Assembly (NCBI GenBank): GCA_023898465.1
Contig: CP060223.1
Coordinates: forward strand, 1 to 64,000
DNA: 64,000 nt
Direction of reading: 5' to 3'
Origin: Candidatus Nomurabacteria bacterium
GTDB taxonomy: Bacteria; Patescibacteriota; Patescibacteriia; HK-STAS-PATE-3
Shown here: piece after piece, positions 48,488 through 55,939 of the stretch
How the letters are laid out: each line of letters starts with the position of its first letter
Numbering within the stretch: position 1 is the first letter of the stretch
Translations under genes and position numbers: made by a program
The notes under the pieces: generated by a model
Seen by the model: the letters and a program-made list of their open reading frames with translations, nothing else
Database searches by the model: none
What the model was told of the DNA's origin: nothing

Positions 48488-48745
48488 ACTTCTAAGTCCG
48501 CTTGGAAAAACTAGATTTATTTTAAATTATCAACAACCTTATCTATTACGGCCCTTCTTTTCGCTTGCCCATCCAGAGGTCAATAAGGTTTTTCGCATAC
48601 TTAGGTCAAGTTGTCTCACTAACGGGGAGTTTTTTAATGCTTCTTTCATGCTGCGAATGGCAAATAGTATAGCAAATACAATATTGACCAGTACGTTTTT
48701 CTCTGGTATTCTTCCGAGCTGTAACTGAACTTGCACAATAGCGTG

Positions 48746-48820
48746 GTGGCTATAGCACAGTGGTTAGTGCACCGGGTTGTGGTCCCGGTGACATGGGTTC
48801 GAATCCCATTAGCCACCCCA
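48746..48820 (+). tRNA. tRNA-His (anticodon GTG) with G-1
   Basis: G-1 followed by GTGGCTA acceptor, anticodon loop TTGTGGT, T-loop TTCGAAT and an encoded CCA. Confidence 0.85.
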
Positions 48821-48845
48821 GTGTTGTGCAGGTGATGCGAAGACT

Positions 48846-49799
48846 TTATTCGTCTTCGTCTTTTTCATCCCTCCGCCGGCCATGAAAGGCTTTGTACACT
48901 TCACGTAGCTGCGCATTAGTAACGTGGGTGTATATTTGCGTGGTCGTAATAGAGGAGTGGCCGAGCAATTCCTGCACAGAGCGAATATCAGCACCATTCA
49001 TTAGCAGGTCAGTAGCAAAGCTGTGCCGCAGGGTATGCGGTGTAATCTTTTTCGTAATCCCGGCAATCGCGGCGTAGCGCTGCACCATCCGTTGGATAGA
49101 GCGGGGCGTAAGTGGACTGACTTCCTCGCCTTGTATCTCATCACTTTTTCCAGCAGCTCGATCATGTCGGACAAACAGCGCATCGTTGCCGTCGCGCCGC
49201 ATCTGCAGGTAGTGTCGGATCGCCTGCTTCGCTTGTTCAGAAATAAATACCAGTCGGACTTTGCCGCCTTTACCCTTGACCGAGAATTCATCCTTTTCCA
49301 GGTTGAGACTGTTGCGCTGCAGTTTCGCTAACTCGGAAATACGTAATCCCGTTGAGAAGAGTGTTTCGAGAATTGCTCGGTCGCGTTGCTTCACGATGTC
49401 GCTGCTTGGACTTTTATATGGAGCTTGCAAGAGTTGCTCCAAATCCTCTGAATCAAGGAAGTTGACAGAGCGCTGCGACTGTTTCATTAGCTCAATTTTT
49501 TCTGGAGCTAGTGAAGCAATATCGTGTCGCGATAGATATTTCAAAAATGAACGCAGGGCAATGAGGTGGTAGTTTTGCGTTGAGGCTTTAAGAGTTTCAC
49601 TATCTTTACCGAGCAGGCGATTCAACTTCAAACGAAAAGAGCGCACATTCGCCTCGGTAATATCCTTAGGAGTTTTTACTCCGCTCAGCTCAAAAAAGCG
49701 CGTGAGATAAAAATCATAATTGCGGACAGTGAGTTGACTCCGTCCACGCTCGATTTCGAGATACTCAAGAAATTCAGTTTTTAGCTTTTGCAGATCCAC
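48846..49799 (-). CDS. tyrosine site-specific recombinase (XerC/XerD / phage-integrase family)
   Basis: N-terminal core-binding domain and catalytic R...HxxR...Y (LRHSFAT..., GHSSITTTQIYTHV). It starts 25 nt beyond the tRNA-His 3-prime end on the opposite strand. Confidence 0.85.
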   Translation of the reverse strand: MDLQKLKTEFLEYLEIERGRSQLTVRNYDFYLTRFFELSGVKTPKDITEANVRSFRLKLNRLLGKDSETLKASTQNYHLIALRSFLKYLSRHDIASLAPEKIELMKQSQRSVNFLDSEDLEQLLQAPYKSPSSDIVKQRDRAILETLFSTGLRISELAKLQRNSLNLEKDEFSVKGKGGKVRLVFISEQAKQAIRHYLQMRRDGNDALFVRHDRAAGKSDEIQGEEVSPLTPRSIQRMVQRYAAIAGITKKITPHTLRHSFATDLLMNGADIRSVQELLGHSSITTTQIYTHVTNAQLREVYKAFHGRRRDEKDEDE

Positions 49800-49933
49800 C
49801 AGGGAATTTTACGACACAACGGAAGGAAATACAATAAATGCAAAAATCAAAATATGAAACCCACTGTTTGGTAGTATGTGTAGCAGCTTAGTTTTTGACC
49901 AATTTCGATTTTCGTATTTCGAAATTCGAGCTT

Positions 49934-50893
49934 TTATAGTGGTGGTATATACACCCGGTGCAGCTCTTCGTTGCCCTCGAGATTTTGCTGATGCTCAGCT
50001 TCCCGAATCGCCAGGGCAATTTGTCGGACAATGATGTGGAGGAGGATCTGGTTATTGTAGTTGAAGTCGCGCTTGCCTTCTTTATCACCCAGCAGGATAG
50101 CACCAACAACCTCGCCACCAGTGCGGACTTTCACTCCCAGCATAGAAGCGGAGCTATAGGCTGTTTCTAGGTTTGGCTTGGCTTTAAAAACCTCATGTGT
50201 GATAAAGATGTCGCGCTGGGTGCGGTGAATTTCACCGAGAATCGGATCATCGCGCAAGGAGAGTTTTAGAGATTCGATATCCTGATTTTTCTCATAGCCG
50301 ATCGCTTTTTCTATCACGATGCGATTTTCCATTGGGCGATACCAAGCAAAGAGGGCTTTTTTCGCACGAATCGTTTCAGTGATAGTTTGCAATAGAGCTT
50401 CAATCAGATTATCAAGATTGGAGTAGCTGGTAGCAATTTTACCTGTCGCATACACGGTGACAAGTTTATTATTCGCGTGATGCAAGCGATCAGTCAGGTT
50501 GCCCATGATATTGCCAAAGAGCACATTGGCGATGGCGGGTTCCTGTTGCCTGAACTTTTGGAAATCCTTACCAGAAATCACGAGCAGCTGCGCGTCCTCG
50601 GTTACCTCAGCCAGGTGGTGGTGCTCTACATCAGGATTGATCAGGGCGCTCTCTACTAAAAAGGTGTGTGCGCCAAGTAAGGCCAAGGTTTGTACCTCAT
50701 CTTTAAAGGTGCGGTAAATATGCACCTGCCCAGAAAGCACGATAATGAATTCTTTACGCTTATCACCGTTCTCAAACAAGAGTGTCCCACGCTTTGCTTC
50801 TCGCATTTGCGTGATGGCCGCGATTTTTCCTAGGGCTTCATCACTAAGTCCCTGGAAAACGGGGATAGGTTTGAGAATAGAGAGCTCAGGCAT
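49934..50893 (-). CDS. cyclic-nucleotide-binding domain plus GAF domain protein
   Basis: N-terminal cNMP-binding beta-roll (FENGDKRKEFIIVLSGQVHIY) and a C-terminal GAF-like domain. It is co-oriented with pilT at a 2-nt gap. Confidence 0.65.
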   Translation of the reverse strand: MPELSILKPIPVFQGLSDEALGKIAAITQMREAKRGTLLFENGDKRKEFIIVLSGQVHIYRTFKDEVQTLALLGAHTFLVESALINPDVEHHHLAEVTEDAQLLVISGKDFQKFRQQEPAIANVLFGNIMGNLTDRLHHANNKLVTVYATGKIATSYSNLDNLIEALLQTITETIRAKKALFAWYRPMENRIVIEKAIGYEKNQDIESLKLSLRDDPILGEIHRTQRDIFITHEVFKAKPNLETAYSSASMLGVKVRTGGEVVGAILLGDKEGKRDFNYNNQILLHIIVRQIALAIREAEHQQNLEGNEELHRVYIPPL

Positions 50894-50895
50894 GG

Positions 50896-51945
50896 TTAAT
50901 CGAGGAATTCAGGGTTGGCCATGTGTGCCACCGCGACTTCCCGGGAGATTAATTCGTTTTGATACATTTGTTTGAGCGATTGATCCATGGTCATCATGCC
51001 CTCCTCTGAGCTGGTCTGAATCGCTGTCTTAATCTGGTGTACCTTATTTTCTCGGATCAGGTTAGCAATAGCCGGAGTGTTGATGAGCACTTCACGAGCA
51101 GCCACACGACCGCCGCCGTTTTTCGGCAAAAGCAGCTGGGAAATAATCCCGCGCAAGAAAAGCGAGAGCTGCAAACGTACCTGCGCCTGCTGATACGGCG
51201 GGAAGACGTCAATAATACGATCGATCGATTGGGCTGCATTTAAGGTGTGCAGCGTGGCAAAAACCAAGTGACCGGTTTCGGCTAAGGTAATGGTAGAGGC
51301 GATAGTTTCTAAGTCGCGCATTTCTCCAACCAGAATGATGTTCGGATCCTGACGGAGGACGTGCTTCAAACCTTCACCAAAGCTCAACATGTCAGAGCCA
51401 AGCTGACGTTGTCGGATGACACTCTTCTTCGGTGTGTACAGGAACTCAATCGGATCTTCCAGTGTAATAATGTTCGCGTTTCGCTTAGAGTTGAGCAGCT
51501 CTATCATAGCGGCCAGGGAAGTGGACTTACCACAACCAGTTGGACCGGTAACGAGGATTAAGCCTTGATTAAGGTCAAGTAAATCATAAACCACCGGAGG
51601 CATGAGGAGCTCCTCCATAGCTGGTATGTTGGTTGAAATAACACGAGACACGAGACCCGGGTAAGTTTTTTCCCAAAGCATGTTTACACGGAAACGTGAA
51701 ACATCTTTTATCTCATAGGAAATATCCAGCTCGCGTTTGCTTTCGTATATCTTGCGCTGGCTCTCATTTAATATGCTGAAGCACAAGGTTTTCACTTGCT
51801 CAGGCGTCAGAACTGGCTTATCAGGCACACGCTGCAAAACTCCATCAATACGGACGATGGGCGGGAGGTTGGCGATTAAGTGAATGTCAGAGGCTTTGTG
51901 TTTGACTGCGTAGAGAAAAATTTCGTCGATGGATAGGCTAGGCAT
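50896..51945 (-). CDS. pilT: type IV pilus retraction ATPase PilT
   Basis: Walker A GPTGCGKST, Asp box, His box, and the PilT-specific C-terminus. Confidence 0.9.
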   Translation of the reverse strand: MPSLSIDEIFLYAVKHKASDIHLIANLPPIVRIDGVLQRVPDKPVLTPEQVKTLCFSILNESQRKIYESKRELDISYEIKDVSRFRVNMLWEKTYPGLVSRVISTNIPAMEELLMPPVVYDLLDLNQGLILVTGPTGCGKSTSLAAMIELLNSKRNANIITLEDPIEFLYTPKKSVIRQRQLGSDMLSFGEGLKHVLRQDPNIILVGEMRDLETIASTITLAETGHLVFATLHTLNAAQSIDRIIDVFPPYQQAQVRLQLSLFLRGIISQLLLPKNGGGRVAAREVLINTPAIANLIRENKVHQIKTAIQTSSEEGMMTMDQSLKQMYQNELISREVAVAHMANPEFLD

Positions 51946-52150
51946 TTTCTTTTGTTAGACAAGCATGGGTAAGTACTCCTTATAGTAGCAGGAATGAGAG
52001 AAATTCGAAATATGAAGCTCGAAATGCAAAACAAATTCGAATGAGAAAAATACCAATGAGATAAACAGGCAGGTTTTGAGCCTTGAAATATTCGCGTTTT
52101 ATATGTGCTTAGGACTTAGCGCTTAGGGTTTCGTGTTTTTCTCTGTGGTC

Positions 52151-52179
52151 TTGACAATTTTAACAATTTGTGCTATTAT
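52151..52179 (+). promoter_or_regulatory. consensus sigma70 promoter TTGACA-17-TATTAT for the four-gene operon
   Basis: Perfect -35 hexamer. A leader of about 145 nt runs to the first ATG. Confidence 0.5.
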
Positions 52180-52334
52180 CCCGCGTTACGTTGCCAGAAA
52201 TGGCGGTCGTAGCACGATCATTGACAAGTGAATAGTCAGTTGATCGTCACAATAGTGAGGCAGCTTTTAGGCTGTTCTCTTGTGAATGGTCGTAAGCGTT
52301 CGAAAAAGCAGGTCTTAGACCTGGGGAGGATGCA

Positions 52335-52919
52335 ATGGCTGATATCACCGGCTTCTTGGAAAAGATTGCCGGGGCGATAATTGGAGCCAAAGATGAAAAA
52401 GGTGCCGACCAAAAGCCAGCCACGAAAAAGAAGGGTTGGCTTGAGGACGTCGCAGAGATCGAGATGGACAGGGTTTTGCCTGCCATTGCGAGGTCTATTT
52501 TTCGTCTGACCGGCGGCCGAGGTAAGGAGTTTATCGCTCTACTCACGAGCGATCCGGCTAAGTTGGTCTGGGCTCGACTCACCCCTGATCATTGGAAGTA
52601 CTCGAACCTGATCGACAATGCTCGAAATCGTCTGGCTGTTGAACTTTCCAAACTATCGACTGGAGAGGCCTCGCTCGATGATGACGAAGTAGGTCTAAGT
52701 CTGGCAGAGATCGATTGGTCCGTCGCCGACTTCGAGACACTACTTGAGGTGAGCATTGCTCGAGCCGAGTTTGAGTTGGAGTATCCCGAAATGATACCCG
52801 CCTATGATAGGTTTGTGGCAAATCTCCTGAAAGGGAATGGCGCAAAGAAGAAAGAGGGCGGTAAGGATACGAGGGGCAGCAAAGGCAAGCAGTCAGGAGG
52901 TAAAGATGGTGGAAAGTAG
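52335..52919 (+). CDS. operon gene A: hypothetical soluble protein with Lys/Gly-rich C-terminal tail
   Basis: GGGGAGGA RBS. 194 aa. GC-rich codons. No recognised domain. Confidence 0.5.
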   Translation: MADITGFLEKIAGAIIGAKDEKGADQKPATKKKGWLEDVAEIEMDRVLPAIARSIFRLTGGRGKEFIALLTSDPAKLVWARLTPDHWKYSNLIDNARNRLAVELSKLSTGEASLDDDEVGLSLAEIDWSVADFETLLEVSIARAEFELEYPEMIPAYDRFVANLLKGNGAKKKEGGKDTRGSKGKQSGGKDGGK

Positions 52920-53445
52920 CAACCCCAAGAAGGGCCTCCTCGATCGCTTCCTGAAAGGGACGCCAGACGAGAAGGCCACCGTGCTGCGAAGTGTCGGCAT
53001 GGGTACTGGAAGTGGAGGAGCCACGGCAAAACGTGACTTCAACGCGCTTTTGTATCGCAGTTCTCAGATCACGGATCAGATGCGTGAAGCGTATGCGGAG
53101 TTTCGACGTGGTCTCAGCATCGAACAACTGGAAGCAGTCCGGCGTATTGAGGCGACGTTGAATGATGTCGGTTCAGTACGTTCATGGCTTGAGTTGAATG
53201 ATGACCAGCGTATCGAGGTGGCTGAGAACTACAGCACCACTACCGTGCCTCAGCAAGAGGTAGCCGATGCAGTTCGTGGAGCTGCCGGGGCGCTTCAACG
53301 GGGTACTGCCTCGATGGCGGGTTTTCGTGAACGCCACCGTGCTGGTCTGGAAGAGAAGAAGCAGAAGTGGCAAGAAGAAGATGAAGCAAGAGCGCGTCGG
53401 CGAGAAGCTGTGCGCGGCTGGCTTCGAAATCCTTTCCGGCGATAG
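52906..53445 (+). CDS. operon gene B: hypothetical soluble protein with Gly-rich loop and charged helical C-terminus
   Basis: GGAGG lies 6 nt before ATG (MVESSNPKK...). It overlaps the end of A by 14 nt. The track lists a longer ORF from 52837. Confidence 0.5.
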   Translation: MVESSNPKKGLLDRFLKGTPDEKATVLRSVGMGTGSGGATAKRDFNALLYRSSQITDQMREAYAEFRRGLSIEQLEAVRRIEATLNDVGSVRSWLELNDDQRIEVAENYSTTTVPQQEVADAVRGAAGALQRGTASMAGFRERHRAGLEEKKQKWQEEDEARARRREAVRGWLRNPFRR

Positions 53446-53460
53446 TCAACGAAGGAGGTC

Positions 53461-54813
53461 ATGATGTGGGAACGGATCAAGCGTTTCTTCGCCGGCGAGG
53501 TGGAGGACGCGCTAGGTGAGCTTGGTGGCGAAAGTGTGAATGTCATCACAGCGTTCCTGGAAACGGTCTGGTGCGTAGCCTCGGTCTTTTACCAGACTGA
53601 GGTCAGAGTGTTGAAGCGTGGGCTTCCTTGGTTGATTGTTTGGTTGACCACTTGGGCCATGACGACAATAGTAGCCTGGGTTTGCAACAACTTCTTTTGG
53701 CACCGACCTTGGTTGTCGTCAGTAATTGGTCTTGCCTCGACTCTCTTCGCCTTATTCGTCTTTATCTATGGAGGGAGAATTCTCTTCATATTAGCGGTGG
53801 CGAAGGGGATCACGACCATGAGGCTCTCGAGGTGGAAGCCCTGGGAGATAAATGTGCTCATGGAAGATCTCCGTCGGGGCATGGATGGAACGCTCGACGG
53901 GTATTTCTACTTTCTCCGGATTCTGAGTTGGGTGGCAATTGGTGAGCTCTTGTTCTTCATCTATGGGAACATCTTCCCAATGTGGAACAATTACGCCGTG
54001 ATGCCGCTTTTCTTTTCCACCCTTCTTGTGTTCATACTTCTGTCGAAGAAGCTGAGCACGGGCGCGGAGAAGGCGGCTCGGATGCAGCAGGTGCAGCAGG
54101 TGATGCTCGTCATCGCCGTTCTGTGTTCGGGGAGCTTCCTGGCGCCGGGACCTTTCCAGCGCTTTGGAGCAATGCTCACGAGCCTACAGACCAAGGCAGC
54201 CTCTGACACCTGGTTCCCAGTGTCGGCGCTCTTGATCGTCTTCATCACTCTTGCGGTGTACGGCAGCAAGTCCTTGCTCAAGTACACGCAGTGGTTGATG
54301 ATCGGCTTGGCGTCGTCGTACATCGGCTACGTGGCCATCTCCGCAGTCTGGATCAAGCACAACACTCCGCTCGTGCCGACGGTTTTCCTAGGTACGGTCG
54401 CTCTGGTGCTGGTGCTGGCGGCAATCGGACTCACGATGCCGAAGTCGACTGACGGGTCCGGTAAGCGGATGGCTCTTGGTGTTGGTCTGGCTGGATTGAC
54501 TTGCGCCTGCCTCCTCCTCTTCTACGGGGGGAGTCAGGACGGACAGTATCTGGATCCGGTCTCGGGTGCCGCGAAGGTTTTCGTGGCAACTGATCCGGTG
54601 ACAGAGACCCAGATCGGCGTTCGCGGACCAAAGGCGGCGACGTACACGGTTGATCCCGAGTACGGACAGCCCTTCGTTGCCTGGACCTCTCTCACCAGAG
54701 AGGAGCAGGACAAGTTCCGCAAGAACCCGAAGTGGATCGATGAGGTCAAGCTGGAAGGCTTGGGTCTCACGAACAGTAACGCGACCTACACACTGAAAGG
54801 AGGCACACCGTAA
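53461..54813 (+). CDS. operon gene C: hypothetical polytopic membrane protein (450 aa)
   Basis: GGAGG RBS. At least 8 hydrophobic segments. No recognised family. Confidence 0.55.
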   Translation: MMWERIKRFFAGEVEDALGELGGESVNVITAFLETVWCVASVFYQTEVRVLKRGLPWLIVWLTTWAMTTIVAWVCNNFFWHRPWLSSVIGLASTLFALFVFIYGGRILFILAVAKGITTMRLSRWKPWEINVLMEDLRRGMDGTLDGYFYFLRILSWVAIGELLFFIYGNIFPMWNNYAVMPLFFSTLLVFILLSKKLSTGAEKAARMQQVQQVMLVIAVLCSGSFLAPGPFQRFGAMLTSLQTKAASDTWFPVSALLIVFITLAVYGSKSLLKYTQWLMIGLASSYIGYVAISAVWIKHNTPLVPTVFLGTVALVLVLAAIGLTMPKSTDGSGKRMALGVGLAGLTCACLLLFYGGSQDGQYLDPVSGAAKVFVATDPVTETQIGVRGPKAATYTVDPEYGQPFVAWTSLTREEQDKFRKNPKWIDEVKLEGLGLTNSNATYTLKGGTP

Positions 54814-55757
54814 TGGTGTCGATCCTCGATATCTATGTGCTTTTCGCCGTCTTCATGCTGGTGTTTCTCAACTTCCGGCGTGGAGACTGGACGCGGGGTA
54901 TCGCAGCGGTGATCTTCGGCGCTTTGGGTGTCGGCTTCCTCGTCGGGATGATCAAGTCTTTCCCGCTGCAAGTGGGAATGCTGGAGCCTCCGCTTCGCAC
55001 CTGGTCGACTGCAGGCACGGTGGAAATCGTGTTCCGCCTGGCGATCACGTTCGGCCTGATCTATTGGCTTGTGTACATGATCAGGGTAAAGAAGTGGACG
55101 CTGCGACCTGTTGTCTTGGGGATTGCGGTCCTCATGGCACTGGGCTTCGATACTGGCATGATGCTGCGACCGTACTATACGGACAGTCTCGCGCCGGTCG
55201 TCGAGGTAGCAGCAGCTGATTCACTCGAAACGAACTACGAGTCCTTGACTCTGGTCGCACGTGCGAATCAGCGAGAGAATCGGGTGCGTTCGGTTCAGAA
55301 GGGCGATCTCGTCATCTGCCGCTTCGTAGGAGAGCCTGACAAGTTCTGCTACCGAGCGCTCAAGAGCACTCCGTACTATCGGGGCGCTCGAGAGGTGCAG
55401 TTGGTCGGCTCCTATCAGGATCCTACCCAGCACTCGGTTCGTGACTACATCAACGCGACGGACTACAGCTTCCTGCTTCCGCCGTCGCGCATCAGCGCTC
55501 GACGAATCCCCACCAGCCTCAACTTCATCGGTGTCTGCGGCTATGCCCCGGCACCTCTGCAAGATGAGGTGGCAAGCTTCGTGGTACGGGAGTCAGGGGA
55601 TTTGTACATCGGGTATAACACCCGAGCCTACAATATGCCTTTGACTCGCTTCGCTACCTTCAACTTCGGCTACTGGCACGCACCCATGAATCCTCCTACG
55701 GTGAATGGGGAACGTGTCTTTCAGGTCACGGTCATTCCTGCTGGAGAGTGGGGATGA
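54813..55757 (+). CDS. operon gene D: hypothetical membrane protein (4 N-terminal TM helices plus a soluble C-terminal domain of about 200 aa)
   Basis: AGGAGG RBS. Its ATG overlaps the stop of C (TAATG). Confidence 0.55.
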   Translation: MVSILDIYVLFAVFMLVFLNFRRGDWTRGIAAVIFGALGVGFLVGMIKSFPLQVGMLEPPLRTWSTAGTVEIVFRLAITFGLIYWLVYMIRVKKWTLRPVVLGIAVLMALGFDTGMMLRPYYTDSLAPVVEVAAADSLETNYESLTLVARANQRENRVRSVQKGDLVICRFVGEPDKFCYRALKSTPYYRGAREVQLVGSYQDPTQHSVRDYINATDYSFLLPPSRISARRIPTSLNFIGVCGYAPAPLQDEVASFVVRESGDLYIGYNTRAYNMPLTRFATFNFGYWHAPMNPPTVNGERVFQVTVIPAGEWG

Positions 55758-55813
55758 TCACAATGTTCTTTTACCTTCAACCGCCTGGGCGTGGAAGCCC
55801 TGGCTATCAAAGG

Positions 55814-55858
55814 CCCTGTCTCGAATAAACAACGAGAGACAGGGTCTTTTTCTTTTTG
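55814..55858 (+). terminator. rho-independent terminator of the four-gene operon
   Basis: ccctgtctcg...cgagagacaggg hairpin followed by tctttttctttttg. Confidence 0.55.
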
Positions 55859-55939
55859 TAAGCACACCAAGGCTGGGATGCCTTGGCTAGTTGTTATTAC
55901 CTTGAAATTCAGGCCATTTTTTGCTATACTGCACCTACC

